A stretch of 64,000 bases of DNA, taken from the NCBI GenBank assembly GCA_949358305.1, contig OX442314.1, positions 1,302,001 to 1,366,000 of the forward strand, written 5' to 3'. Positions 1 through 13,900 of this stretch are shown one piece after another; within the stretch, counting starts at the first letter, position 1; every line of letters starts with the position of its first letter. Both the position numbers and the translations under genes were made by a program. This stretch comes from Strigamia acuminata. Its lineage: Eukaryota. The notes under the pieces were generated by a model. It did not search any database, had not been told where the DNA came from, and saw nothing but the letters and a program-made list of their open reading frames with translations.

Positions 1-1347
1 TCGAGGAAGCCGCTCTGCAAGTCAACGAGGCATCATTGCTGAGACGAATACTTCGTAAGCACGAGCGGATCCTCACCAAAACACCCGGAAGGACGACCGA
101 GGCCGTACACGAGATCGAACTGACGACGGACAAACCGATTCGCGTGCCATACAAGGGGATGAATCCCCAAAAACGGGACATAGTGACCCAGATGTGTCAA
201 GACATGCTCGACAAAGGCATCGTCACAGAAGCATTGGGCGAATACGCGATGAGGATCGTCCTAGTAATGCGACCCGGCTCCGAGCCTCGCTTGTGTATCG
301 ACTACCGCCCGCTCAATGCAATAACGGTGATAGATCCGATACAGATGCCCTCCATCGAAGCGATTCTCCGAGAGCTGGCTCCATTTAATTGGGTAACCAC
401 CATGGACCTGTCAAAAGGGTACTGGCAGGTCGAACTCCGACCAGAAGATAAGCTAAAGACAGCGTTTTACTCGCCTATAGGGCGATTAATGTTCAACGTA
501 ATGCCATTCGGACTAGTGAACGCACCAAGCACATTTCAAAAGTTAATCGAAAGCGTCCTCGGAGACATGTTACATGATTTCGTATGGGCTTATCTCGACG
601 ATATCATTATTGCGTCAGACACTTTTGAGGAACACATAGAGCACATAGACCGAGTGGTCTCCCGTTTAGCCAAAGCTGGACTCCATGTCCACCCCGGAAA
701 GAGCAAGTTCTGTAGAAAAGAACTTGCCTTCCTAGGCTATCGAATCGGAGTTGAGGGGATCGCCATTGATCCCGAAAAAGTACGAGCGATAAATGGATTC
801 CCGGCACCCGAAGATATAAAGGGAGTCCAGAGATTCATGGGAATGATTAATTTTTTCGGCAGGCTGCTCCCCAATTTGGCAGAAGTAGCCGCGCCCGTGA
901 CGGACCTCCTGCGAACCGACCGCGAGTTCGCTTGGACGGCCGAATGCGAGGCCGCCTTCAACGCCATAAAACAAATGCTGGCCGACGTCGACAAAATGCC
1001 GCTACCCGATCTAAACCGACCGTTCGTACTGCATACCGACGCCAGCCGAGTCGGCTTGGGAGCAGCCCTCTTGCAAAAACACACGTACAACGGAGTGGAG
1101 CAAGAAGTACCCTGTATGTTCATAAGCCGAAAAATACAGGGGGCCGAGAAAAACTACACGGCTACAGAACTGGAGTGCTTAGCCGTAATATGGGCTGTTC
1201 GGAAATTTCGTGACTACCTAGAGTATACGAATTTCGAAGTGCAGACCGATCATCAAGCATTAAGCTGGTTGATGAAGTTAAAAGAACCATCCGGCAGGCT
1301 CGCCAGATGGCAACTCGAACTCATGGCGTGCGACATAACAATAACAT
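1..1347 (+). pseudogene. pol: Ty3/gypsy retrotransposon pol fragment (RT + RNase H), truncated by an LTR insertion
   Basis: ORF 36-1352 has RT motifs RLCIDYRPLN, MPFGLVNAP and YLDD, and RNase H motifs HTDAS, ELECLAV and TDHQAL. The stop codon is supplied by the TGTGA start of the inserted LTR at 1348, so no integrase follows. Confidence 0.95.
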
Positions 1348-3247
1348 TGTGACGGTTTACAATGGCTATAAATGCCTATTTTCTTAGAAAGAAGCGCTGT
1401 TGCGCCATTATCATGATATCTCGAAGATATTCTGTGTAAAACTGATAAATGTCTGGAATAAAGTTATTTATGATGTTTCAAATACAAAGATGTTCGTTTA
1501 TTAAGAATAAACACTCATTCCTACTTGATATCAAAGGATTCCGGCCGAATCACGAAGAGTCGTCTGCTAAAACCGCATTTGTCAATGCGCAATGTTGCCA
1601 CAAGATGGCGCGATTACGATTTAGCGGCAAATTCAAGATATGAATATAAAACATGTAAATAAATATAAAACTATATTTACTAGAATGAAACGAAGCTTTG
1701 TGAACATTAATATAAAGATATATTAATGTCTTGTGATGTTAAATACAATGTAACTTCCATTTTCTGCGGGACAGGACATTTGGTGATCAATCGATCAACC
1801 AATAGATCTGATTGGTGGATCCATTTCCGGTCCTGGGTATCCAGTTCCGGTTGTGGTGAGAATTAGCACATTGTTCCTCCGTATCCACTTCCGGTGATAC
1901 GGGATTGGAGGGATTCGTGGAACCCATGTTCCAATTGGATAACTGGATTAATCCTTAATCCAGTCAGGTTATATAAACCCAAACAACCGGCCATTCTGCA
2001 GCTCTGTTTGATTATTTTCTGTTTGGTATTGTTACTTAAGAAATATGATTCGTTGTTCACGTAAAAAACCTTTTGGTTCTTTGTTGATTTATTCGCAAAG
2101 AACCGTTGCATGATTCTACAGAATCATGCCACCGCCGGCAATTGAAGTCGAAGTGCTGGGATTATTATGTTGCATAAATGTTACAGTCTACGGTTGCGAC
2201 GCCGAAGGAGAACCCGCCGTTGTGCAATTCAGTATCCTCCGGACAGGACCAAGTTGTCTTTTTCGGTATGAACGTATTCCGTTACCACGAGTAGCATCGG
2301 TATTGTTGAGAATCGGTTCCTTCACCTGATGGTGCCAAAGCAGTCTGTTTTACAGTAACCACGAGTAGCACCAAGTGTTTGGCAAGCTGATTCTCATGGT
2401 ATTCGATGCCAAAGCAGTCGGTCTATTATTAGTACCGCGAGAGATAAAACTGCTGTGCGGAGCCGCGAGCTATCGACCCCTGTGTACGTGGTACCGTCAA
2501 CCACTCGATGGACGACCGTGCTGCGACGCCGGGGACGCTTGATACCGTTCTGCATGGCAAGGCGTATATTCTAATCGATGGCAATTGTGTGTTGCGACGG
2601 GAAGCTTAATCTTCATTTTATTTATAACAGCAAAACTTAAACTCGACAACCAGTTGGACCAAAATCAAGTCAGAAGACTTAATCTCATATTGAACTCAAT
2701 ATAACCGATAAGTTGACGACAACTTATTCCCGAAATATCTAAATAAGAATTCACAACGATATGAATTAAATATAATTCATAAGTGGAATATTGATAAGTA
2801 AATGAATACATTTACTTACACCAATATCCTCCCAAAGTTGTGGCGGTGCAGACAAAGTCAACCGCAATGCTCAGATCATTCGATTTATCGACGTGCGATA
2901 ATTTACACAGCGAACCAAGGAAACCAGCGAAGCCATATCGGACTCCAGGACACAGCCATCCGGCTTAGATGACATCTGTAAACCAGGTCGAGCGATGGGG
3001 AAACCGCTCCCTTATCCCAGACACGTAATGATATTATTTTAGGACCAATTGGCCTATGCTTTGTATAGTTTAATAGTCAGTTAACTTGCCAAATGTTGGC
3101 ATTAGTCTTATGTATAATTTAGCTCACTGCATATTGTTTGCCAACAATAAATTGTCTTGTATTTATCTCGTATTGTATTCACTGTTATTTATCGCGATCT
3201 CTTCCCGGTACCATTGTTAAATGGGAGTTGTGGTCGTCACCGTCACA
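1348..3247 (+). mobile_element. Long (1.9 kb) 5' LTR of a second LTR retrotransposon
   Basis: Begins TGTGACGGT and ends ACCGTCACA (9-bp inverted ends, TG...CA). Internal TATATAAA near 1970 and AATAAA near 3146. A PBS follows 2 bp downstream. Confidence 0.85.
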
Positions 3248-4100
3248 CGTGGAGGTCCCACCGAGATTAGGTTGCAATTAAATTCGATTGAATTGCAACA
3301 GTGAATATTGGAGATAAATATTTAACTAAAAGATTTAAGTTAAAAATAGACAGATTAAATTTTCAGTTTATATTTCCATGTGAAGAAGTTAAACTGATGA
3401 AATAGAAATACGTAGTAGATTTTCCTTCATTATTTTCGTTTGAAGATTTTAGGGATTTCAAAGACTACCACCTAATCTCACACGTGGAGGTCCCACCGAG
3501 ATTAGGTTGCAATTAAATTCGATTGAATTGCAACAGTGAATATTGGAGATAAATATTTAACTAAAAGATTTAAGTTAAAAATAGACAGATTAAATTTTCA
3601 GTTTATATTTCCATGTGAAGAAGTTAAACTGATGAAATAGAAATACGTAGTAGATTTTCCTTCATTATTTTCGTTTGAAGATTTTAGGGATTTCAAAGAC
3701 TACCACCTAATCTCACACGTGGAGGTCCCACCGAGATTAGGTTGCAATTAAATTCGATAGAATTGTAAAAGTGAATTTTGAGATAAATATTTAACTAAAA
3801 GATTTAGTTAAAAAACAGACCAGTTTCAAACCATGTTTATTTTCTTGAGAAACACCAAAACTGTCCTTTAACTAGGAATTTCGGAAGTTATAGACCTATC
3901 ACACGATCACTGAAATAGGTTGCAAATTAATTCGATCGAATTGCAAAAGCGAATCTTGAATCCGATATTAACAAAAAAAATTTTAGTTAAAACAGACAAA
4001 TAGATTTTCAGTTTATATTTTCATGTGAAAAGTTAAACTGACGAAATGGAAACGTTTAGTGAACTCTCTTTACTATTTTCGTTCGACAATTTAAGGAATA
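3244..4100 (+). repeat. 235-bp tandem repeat containing the PBS (two near-identical copies, one diverging, one degenerate)
   Basis: Identical PBS starts at 3250, 3485 and 3720; degenerate copy near 3900. Confidence 0.9.
3250..3268 (+). promoter_or_regulatory. Primer-binding site complementary to tRNA-Gln 3' end
   Basis: TGGAGGTCCCACCGAGATT is the reverse complement of the tRNA-Gln end AATCTCGGTGGGACCT-CCA. Repeated at 3485 and 3720. Confidence 0.85.
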
Positions 4101-6652
4101 CGAAGTATTTTAAATAAGAAATCAAAAAAAAAGTTTCGAGTGAAATAAGAATACAGATATTTTTTTCGAAGTTTGTTTTATTTCGAAAAGCTAAAAACAT
4201 ACAAGTTTAGAAGGCGGACTTCTTACGAATTTATCTTTCCACCTGAAAAGTTAAAACGAAGAAAACACCGCAACTATTTGGAAATATTTACAAGAAATTA
4301 AGTTTCTTGTAACTGTACGTCGACACCGATAGCCAGCGACCACGCGCCATAGCAATACGCGTCGATCTCCGTATCAAACGCAGCAGGGAAGCTACTCAAA
4401 CCTTCAACGCAAGGTGCGAACGAATGCTTGGAAATTATGGCGGACAACAGATAAAAGACAGCGGAGAAATGTTACAGAAGGTTCGTAGAGATTTATTTAA
4501 GTGTCGCGAACTAATTTTTCCACTGCCATCGGTACCAAAGATAATTTAGTTGTTGGAGAAAAACAACACACTCCATTTCGCAGAAAAGATTTGCAAATCG
4601 AAATGAATATTACCTTTATTTGAAGGAATTAACTATTTTCACAAAAAGTACATTTTTTCCTTCGGGACAATGGAAATTAAGAAAATATAAAATGGCGGCG
4701 AATGAAGTTGCCGACCACATAGAATAGTATTTTTTACATTGAAAGTTACGAATCACGATAAACGCTTTCCCTCGGAAAAGTAAAAGGATTTCATTCAATC
4801 TTTCCTTTCGGAAATTTAACAGTGTTTTAAGTTTCCAACGATATTTGGGTCTCCCAAATTTTGAGAATTTCTAAATGAAATTTAGCTGTTTGAAAAACAA
4901 CGAATATTTTTAGTAATCTAATCGGACATTTTCCCACATGATTTCTTAAAACCGGAATAACAAATCCATTTGTGGCTATGAACTTTGCCACATGAAATAT
5001 TTACGGAGCGAATATTTTTTGATTGGATTGAAGCTTTAAAATCAGATAGCTGATTTAAACGAAGAAAATAAGTTTCAAAGTAATTATTTTTCTTTCGGAA
5101 AAATCAAATAAATCACCGCTGATGAAAAGTTGTATTTTTCCATTCGAAAAAACTAAGAATTGCACAAGATTTATCTTCTATTTTGAACATAGATTTTATT
5201 CGGAAAAAGGAAAGATTCTAGATACATTATTTTTCTCTAAAAATTAAGAATTTAGTCAATTTTCCTAAAGGTTAATGGAATGTCATCATATATTTCGTTC
5301 GTAATTTACGTGTTAAAGTTTAATCAGAAAAACGATTGAATATGTTTTATTTGCGATAAGTAAAAGAAAGGTTCTTTAAAAATGGAATTTCGATGCAAAT
5401 CCCACAGTAAAGGGAATGTTATGTGTGAGCAATTAACGAAAAGTTGGAATAACTTCATTTTATTTCATTCAAAAGTAGTTGTGAAAAATCAATTTCAAAT
5501 ATTTTTCAAAGAAAAATTATTTTTATCGGAAAAAAGTAATTTACATGTCCTCGCGCGGACCGAGTAGTAAACTGCTTAATTGTGACATCGATACTGTTAT
5601 TGTGTCACGTGTTATACGGAATTCCAAACCAGTGAATTACGAATTTTGGCGCGATAGGAATAGAAGTTTGACAGTGAAAGTTCTCCAGATTTGTCTTTTC
5701 ATTTGAAAAGTTCAAATTGAGGAAATGCTGCAGCAGATGAAGGTATTTACGACAATTGAGATTTAAATATTCTTTCATTCAAAAGATAAAAGATCTCTGC
5801 AAAAACATCTCGTTATTAGAGATAAGGGGGACGAAAATTATTAAAACGAATAATCAAAGACACGTCCTTCGTAAATATCGCAAAGGAATAACTAATTGTG
5901 AAAACAATTGTCCGCTCAGGAAAAGTGGAATTTAGCTAGATATTTTCTTTCGAAAAATCAAAGCAATTGTCATCAAAAAAGAAAGATTTGATGAATAATT
6001 TTTACCCAAAAGTCTAAAGGATTGTCGAATAGTTTTCTCCCGAAAAACAAGTACACATTTGTACCAATAACTTTATCGTTTAAAGTAAAATTTCGAATAT
6101 TTTCTTTTGGAAGATTAGAGAATTAGATAATTTTTCTCGCAAAACAAATTTAAAGAATTTTAACGAATTTTTATTTGTTAAAAAAATTTGTTAAAAAAGG
6201 GGGAGATGGATGGTGAAAATTTATTTTTTCACACTCGAAAAATGGAATTTAAACCCGAAAAAGTAAAGACTTGGTCAAATTATTCTTCCTATTGGAAATG
6301 AATACACAATGTTGGGAATCGAAAATAGATTTCAATTACAAAGGAATGATTATTTGAACGATAATTGAATAAGAATAAGAAAAATTGAGAGTTTGAGAAA
6401 ACTTTATTAAAACTGTGGTTGTAATGATATTACACACTAAACGGAATAATCAAAGAAAAATATTTTTTGAAGAAAAGTTATTTAATTATTTGGATTGGTA
6501 AAAATCCCAAAGTTCAAGAAGATTGAAGTAAGTTTATTTTATTTTCATTTGAAAAATACAATATTTTACGAATGTCTTCCCGAAGGAATTTTATTTTATC
6601 GGTAAAATTGAATCTCGAAGGGAACGGACTTAGTAGAGAACTACTAAATAGA

Positions 6653-6971
6653 TGTAACGTCCTTTATACCATTGGCCGACACTAACATCCGCCAATCAGA
6701 AGTTGGGAGATCTAGGGATCCCCAGCCCCCTGCTATTAAAGGAGGACCAGATCAGATACTGATCATTCGCATCCAGACCAGACCAGAAGACGTGTTCCAG
6801 AGTCATCTTGACCACGCCGTCCCGATTTCAGTCACGATTCGAATTTTGTGTGCCGTGTAACCTGCAAAAGCTAACACGTGTCAAACAAACGCGAAGTTTA
6901 ATTTTATTTTGTCAAAAGTAAAGTTTAGAAGTGTTTCTTGTTGAAAAGTGTATTATATTCGTCTTCTTTAT
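6653..6971 (+). mobile_element. Probable truncated LTR interrupted by the piggyBac-like terminus
   Basis: Abrupt composition shift at TGTAACG, with CCAAT and TATTAAA motifs typical of an LTR U3/R region. Ends abruptly at 6971. Confidence 0.45.
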
Positions 6972-7174
6972 CCTTGGGGTATGTGTGCGGATTTTGTCGG
7001 GGGCGAAAGGGTCCCGCTTTTTAACATTACGGCGGCCTATACGTTGTTTCGTTGATCGCGACTGTGATGCGGAATTTGCGGATGTTGTTTTGGCCGAGTA
7101 GTTCGTGCGACCGAGCGCGTTTTGTTCGTTGCTTTTCGGTGTTCGGTGGGTTTTGTGACCGGTCAAGGGTTTCG

Positions 7175-7830
7175 CTAAAACGTGGTTTTTGTGACGGGAG
7201 GGAGGGGGGATCGGTTCATGTGCTCCGAACGCGCCGCGACGCGCCGTGACTTGGGCCAAAAACGACCCGGTCGGAAACCGGGTCCCGGGCTTCGTCGAGG
7301 CGTGGTTTTTGAGAACGGGGGGAGGGGGGGATCGGGTCGCGTGCTCCGAAAGCGCCGCGACGCGCCGTGACTTGGGCCAAAAACGACCCGGTCGGAAACC
7401 GGGTCCCGGGCTTCGTCGAGGCGTGGTCCCGATCGGGACAAACTCTTCCGGAAAATGTCCGGTGGAATGTTGAGAGTGTCGATGGACGACGTTCGAGTTT
7501 ATATCGTAAGTAAGTAAGTATCTGACAAAACTTGCACAGAATTTTGTCAACATTTGATAAATTTCCACAGAATTTAACGTTGTTTTGCTAAAACCTGCGG
7601 AAACGTGTCTAGTCGGGCAGAAACGTCTCGTAAAATGTTGCTGAAATTCCGTGGAAATTTGTCAAAAATTGACAAAAGTTGGTGACCGACCCACATCGCG
7701 TTGCGGCGCGGTCGGAGCACGCGACCCGATCCCCCCCCCCCCCCCCTCCCCCCGTCCCCAAAAAACCACGCCTCGAGGAACCCCGAGGTTCGGTTTCCGA
7801 CCGGGTCGCCTCTTGATCCGACCCGGGGCG
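7175..7830. repeat. Subterminal ~120-bp direct and inverted repeats
   Basis: Direct repeat of CGCGCCGTGACTTGGGCCAAAAACGACCCGGTCGGAAACC near 7240 and 7361; inverted copy near 7700-7810; inverted AT-rich arms 7540-7680. Confidence 0.8.
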
Positions 7831-7924
7831 CGTCACGGCGCGGTCGGAGGACGGCCCTCGCCCCCAAAAACCACACTCCGGGTCACGTGGTCTCGCACCC
7901 GACTCTTTCAGTTTTCCCGTTTTC

Positions 7925-10900
7925 AGCCCGTTACGGGATCGTGACGGGACTGTCGGCGGCCCGTTAACGGCCCGCACGAGCCGTGACGGGATCGTGACGG
8001 GACCGTTGGCGGCCCGTTAACGGCCCGCACGGGCCGTGACGGGATCGTGACGGGACCGTCGGCGGCCCGTTAACGGCCCGTACGACTCCATGCGGGCCGT
8101 TGACGGGCCGTTGACGGGCCGTTAACGGGCCGTTAACGGGCCGTTACGGCGTAAATCGAAAAAATCAACAACCGACAACACGTACGTGAAAACGCGTACA
8201 ACATTCATAGACATTAATCTCGAATCCTGTTTTTGGTTTTACGCCGTTAACGGGCCGTTAACGGGCCGTTAACGGCCCGTTAACGGCCCGCGTGAGGTCG
8301 TACGGGCCGTCGGCGAGCCGAAGTCCGGGAACGAAGGCCGTGACGGGATCGTGACGGGACCGTCAGCGGCCCGTTAACGGCCCGTGCGGGCCGTTGCGGG
8401 ATCGTGACGGGATCGTCGACGGCCCGTTAACGGCCCGTGCGGGCCGTTGCGGGCCGTTGACGGGCCGTTGACGGGCCGTTAACGGGCCGTTAACGGGCCG
8501 TTACGGCGTAAATCGAAAAAATCAACAACCGACAACACGTACGTGAAAACGCGTACAACATTCATAGACATTAATCTCGAATCCTGTTTTCGGTTTTGCC
8601 CCGTTAACGGGCCGTTAACGGGCCGTTAACGGGCCGTTAACGGCCCGTGCGGGCCGTTAACGGCCCGTGCGGGCCGTTGCGGGATCGTGACGGGACCGTC
8701 GACGGCCCGTTAACGGCCCGTGCGGGCCGTTGCGGGATCGTGACGGGACCGTCAGCGGCCCGTTAACGGCCCGTGCGGGCCGTTGCGGGATCGTGACGGG
8801 ATCGTCGACGGCCCGTTAACGGCCCGTGCGGGCCGTTGCGGGATCGTGACGGGACCGTCAGCGGCCCGTTAACGGCCCGTGCGGGCCGTTGCGGGATCGT
8901 GACGGGATCGTCGACGGCCCGTTAACGGCCCGTGCGGGCCGTTGCGGGCCGTTGACGGGCCGTTGACGGGCCGTTAACGGGCCGTTAACGGGCCGTTACG
9001 GCGTGAATCGAAAAAATCAACAACCGACAACACGTACATGAAAACGCGTACAACATTCATAGACATTAATCTCGAATCCTGTTTTTGGTTTTACGCCGTT
9101 AACGGGCCGTTAACGGGCCGTTAACGGCCCGTTAACGGCCCGCGTGAGGTCGTACGGGCCGTCGGCGAGCCGAAGTCCGGGAACGAAGGCCGTGACGGGA
9201 TCGTGACGGGACCGTCAGCGGCCCGTTAACGGCCCGTGCGGGCCGTTGCGGGATCGTGACGGGATCGTCGACGGCCCGTTAACGGCCCGTGCGGGCCGTT
9301 GCGGGCCGTTGACGGGCCGTTGACGGGCCGTTAACGGGCCGTTAACGGGCCGTTACGGCGTAAATCGAAAAAATCAACAACCGACAACACGTACGTGAAA
9401 ACGCGTACAACATTCATAGACATTAATCTCGAATCCTGTTTTTGGTTTTACGCCGTTAACGGGCCGTTAACGGCCCGTTAACGGCCCGTTAACGGCCCGC
9501 ACAGGCCGTGACGGGATCGTGACGGGACTGTCGGCGGCCCGTTAACGGCCCGCACGAGCCGTGACGGGATCGTGACGGGACCGTCGGCGGCCCGTTAACG
9601 GCCCGTACGGGCCGTTGCGGGATCGTGACGGGATCGTCGACGGCCCGTTAACGGCCCGTGCGGGCCGTTGCGGGATCGTGACGGGACCGTCAGCGGCCCG
9701 TTAACGGCCCGTGCGGGCCGTTGCGGGATCGTGACGGGATCGTCGACGGCCCGTTAACGGCCCGTGCGGGCCGTTGCGGGCCGTTGACGGGCCGTTGACG
9801 GGCCGTTAACGGGCCGTTAACGGGCCGTTACGGCGTGAATCGAAAAAATCAACAACCGACAACACGTACATGAAAACGCGTACAACATTCATAGACATTA
9901 ATCTCGAATCCTGTTTTTGGTTTTACGCCGTTAACGGGCCGTTAACGGGCCGTTAACGGCCCGTTAACGGCCCGCGTGAGGTCGTACGGGCCGTCGGCGA
10001 GCCGAAGTCCGGGAACGAAGGCCGTGACGGGATCGTGACGGGACCGTCAGCGGCCCGTTAACGGCCCGTGCGGGCCGTTGCGGGATCGTGACGGGATCGT
10101 CGACGGCCCGTTAACGGCCCGTGCGGGCCGTTGCGGGCCGTTGACGGGCCGTTGACGGGCCGTTAACGGGCCGTTAACGGGCCGTTACGGCGTAAATCGA
10201 AAAAATCAACAACCGACAACACGTACGTGAAAACGCGTACAACATTCATAGACATTAATCTCGAATCCTGTTTTTGGTTTTACGCCGTTAACGGGCCGTT
10301 AACGGCCCGTTAACGGCCCGTTAACGGCCCGCACAGGCCGTGACGGGATCGTGACGGGACTGTCGGCGGCCCGTTAACGGCCCGCACGAGCCGTGACGGG
10401 ATCGTGACGGGACCGTCGGCAGCCCGTTAACGGCCCGTACGGGCCGTTGCGGGATCGTGACGGGATCGTCGACGGCCCGTTAACGGCCCGTGCGGGCCGT
10501 TGCGGGATCGTGACGGGACCGTCAGCGGCCCGTTAACGGCCCGTGCGGGCCGTTGCGGGATCGTGACGGGATCGTCGACGGCCCGTTAACGGCCCGTGCG
10601 GGCCGTTGCGGGCCGTTGACGGGCCGTTGACGGGCCGTTAACGGGCCGTTAACGGGCCGTTACGGCGTGAATCGAAAAAATCAACAACCGACAACACGTA
10701 CATGAAAACGCGTACAACATTCATAGACATTAATCTCGAATCCTGTTTTTGGTTTTACGCCGTTAACGGGCCGTTAACGGGCCGTTAACGGCCCGTTAAC
10801 GGCCCGCGTGAGGTCGTACGGGCCGTCGGCGAGCCGAAGTCCGGGAACGAAGGCCGTGACGGGATCGTGACGGGACCGTCAGCGGCCCGTTAACGGCCCG

Positions 10901-12570
10901 TGCGGGCCGTTGCGGGATCGTGACGGGATCGTCGACGGCCCGTTAACGGCCCGTGCGGGCCGTTGCGGGCCGTTGACGGGCCGTTGACGGGCCGTTAACG
11001 GGCCGTTAACGGGCCGTTACGGCGTAAATCGAAAAAATCAACAACCGACAACACGTACGTGAAAACGCGTACAACATTCATAGACATTAATCTCGAATCC
11101 TGTTTTTGGTTTTACGCCGTTAACGGGCCGTTAACGGCCCGTTAACGGCCCGTTAACGGCCCGCACAGGCCGTGACGGGATCGTGACGGGACTGTCGGCG
11201 GCCCGTTAACGGCCCGCACGAGCCGTGACGGGATCGTGACGGGACCGTCGGCAGCCCGTTAACGGCCCGTACGGGCCGTTGCGGGATCGTGACGGGATCG
11301 TCGACGGCCCGTTAACGGCCCGTGCGGGCCGTTGCGGGATCGTGACGGGACCGTCAGCGGCCCGTTAACGGCCCGTGCGGGCCGTTGCGGGATCGTGACG
11401 GGATCGTCGACGGCCCGTTAACGGCCCGTGCGGGCCGTTGCGGGCCGTTGACGGGCCGTTGACGGGCCGTTAACGGGCCGTTAACGGGCCGTTACGGCGT
11501 GAATCGAAAAAATCAACAACCGACAACACGTACATGAAAACGCGTACAACATTCATAGACATTAATCTCGAATCCTGTTTTTGGTTTTACGCCGTTAACG
11601 GGCCGTTAACGGGCCGTTAACGGCCCGTTAACGGCCCGCGTGAGGTCGTACGGGCCGTCGGCGAGCCGAAGTCCGGGAACGAAGGCCGTGACGGGATCGT
11701 GACGGGACCGTCAGCGGCCCGTTAACGGCCCGTGCGGGCCGTTGCGGGATCGTGACGGGATCGTCGACGGCCCGTTAACGGCCCGTGCGGGCCGTTGCGG
11801 GCCGTTGACGGGCCGTTGACGGGCCGTTAACGGGCCGTTAACGGGCCGTTACGGCGTAAATCGAAAAAATCAACAACCGACAACACGTACGTGAAAACGC
11901 GTACAACATTCATAGACATTAATCTCGAATCCTGTTTTTGGTTTTACGCCGTTAACGGGCCGTTAACGGCCCGTTAACGGCCCGTTAACGGCCCGCACAG
12001 GCCGTGACGGGATCGTGACGGGACTGTCGGCGGCCCGTTAACGGCCCGCACGAGCCGTGACGGGATCGTGACGGGACCGTCGGCAGCCCGTTAACGGCCC
12101 GTACGACTCCATGCGGGCCGTTGACGGGATCGTGACGGGACCGTCGGCAGCCCGTTAACGGCCCGCACGGGCCGTGACGGGATCGTGACGGGACCGTCGG
12201 CGGCCCGTTAACGGCCCGCACGAGCCGTGACGGGATCGTGACGGGACCGTCGGCAGCCCGTTAACGGCCCGCACGGGCCGTGACGGGATCGTGACGGGAC
12301 CGTCGGCGGCCCGTTAACGGCCCGCACGAGCCGTGACGGGATCGTGACGGGACCGTCGGCGGCCCGTTAACGGCTTGTACGGGCCGTTACGGGATCGTGA
12401 CGGGACCGTCGGCGGCCCGTTAACGGCTCGCACGGGCCGTTAACGGGGTCGTTACGGGACCGTCGGCGGCCCGTGCGGCGGCCTCGCCAACCTCGTGCGG
12501 CCCGTTAACGGCCCGTACGGGCCGTTACGGGGCCGTTGCGGGATCGTCGGCGGCCCGTTAACGGCCCGCA
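7925..12570. repeat. Palindromic satellite of 11-bp units (CGTTAACGGGC, CGTGACGGGAT) with 10 near-identical ~90-bp AT-rich cores and an 832-bp higher-order period
   Basis: Cores near 8151, 8508, 9003, 9360, 9835, 10192, 10667, 11025, 11499 and 11856. The GCGTGAATCG variant recurs at 9001, 9833, 10665 and 11497. Confidence 0.95.
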
Positions 12571-13315
12571 CGGGACAACGGGCGCCAACGAGCGCCGGTA
12601 GTCCCGGTAATTTGTTTCAAAATAAATATTTGTCACCGTCTCCCCTCCCTCCTCCTCCTCCCCCTCCTCTCCCTCTCGAGGCCAGACACGGCCGCTCCAA
12701 AATACGAACCACGACGATGCCTCCGTACCGATAGACCGAGTGGGTCGCGCGACAGACAATGCGCGCAAACTACCGTCGGCGCACGGTGTGCACGGCGCAA
12801 CACCACGGAAGTAACTACCGGTGCGCCCCTCGTGCGTGCGAGGCAACCCCGAGCTCGCTTAACCTTGGGGTATGTGTGCGGATTTTGTCGGGGGCGAAAG
12901 GGTCCCGCTTTTTAACATTACGGCGGCCTATACGTTGTTTCGTTGATCGCGACTGCGATGCGGAATTTGCGGATGTTGTTTTGGCCGAGTAGTTCGTGCG
13001 ACCGAGCGCGTTTTGTTCGTTGCTTTTCGGTGTTCGGTGGGTTTTGTGACCGGTCAAGGGTTTCGCTAAAACGTGGTTTTTGAGTACGGGGGGGAGGGGG
13101 GGGATCGGGTCGCGTGCTCCGACCGCGCCGCAACGCGCCGTGGGTCGGTCACCAACCTTTGTCAATATTTTATAAATTTCCACGGAATTTCAGCAATGTT
13201 TTACATAAGTCCGTCAAATCGGGCAGAAATATCCCGTACAATGTCGCTGCAATTCTGTGGAAATTTATCAGATATTGACAAAATTCGGTGACGGGCGGAA
13301 GGGCGATTCCCGGGC

Positions 13316-13353
<38 letters not shown>

Positions 13354-13427
13354 ACGGCCGGCGCCTACGCCGACGGGGCGCGGAGGGCGAGTGCACTGTT
13401 CACGCATGTGGGCGCGTGAACAGTGCA

Positions 13428-13551
<124 letters not shown>

Positions 13552-13567
13552 TTTTTTTTTTTCGCTA

Positions 13568-13900
13568 GTTGCGTCGAGGGGGTGCGTCTGCGCGACCACC
13601 GCCGCCGCCGCCGCCACCGACACCGAGTGAAAAGAAGAGCGAGGAGACGGCGCTGGAGGCGATGGTCGAGAAGATGATGGCGAGGACGGAGGCAAAATTG
13701 GAAGCGATGCTGGCGAGAACGGAGGAACGATTCGAGAACATGTTGGAGAGGGTGGAGAAGAAGTGGATGGGAGCGATGGCCGATGATACGGAGCCGGTGG
13801 ACGACGAAGGCGACGACAAAGGGGCGACCGGTGGTAAAGGTGGCGAGGAGAGGACCGGCGGCGACGGCGGCGACGACGACGACGACAGCCACTCTTCGAT
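13568..13900 (+). CDS. Exon or remnant of a coiled-coil/acidic orphan protein (paralog of 39009-39434)
   Basis: RRGGASARPPPP...MMARTEAKLEAMLARTEERFENMLERVE aligns with the 39 kb exon and follows a polypyrimidine-AG acceptor. Confidence 0.5.

Larger units (their letters stand above)
6972..12862. mobile_element. Element A: terminal segment of a giant piggyBac-like element (terminus, subterminal repeats, palindromic array, unique inner segment)
   Basis: Starts CCTTGGGGTATG after TTAT. 7836-12862 is the inverted counterpart of 61905-64000, and the match ends exactly at TTAA 12859-12862. Confidence 0.8.

Noticed and set aside
4100..6650. Degraded pol in the AT-rich interval
   Set aside because: Only vague PEKVK-like fragments, not enough to support a call.
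6912..7977. Overlapping ORFs in the terminus
   Set aside because: GC-rich subterminal repeats open by chance, with no recognisable domain.
7925..12570. CRISPR-like repeat/spacer appearance
   Set aside because: The AT-rich spacers are essentially identical, there are no cas genes and the context is eukaryotic; it is a satellite.
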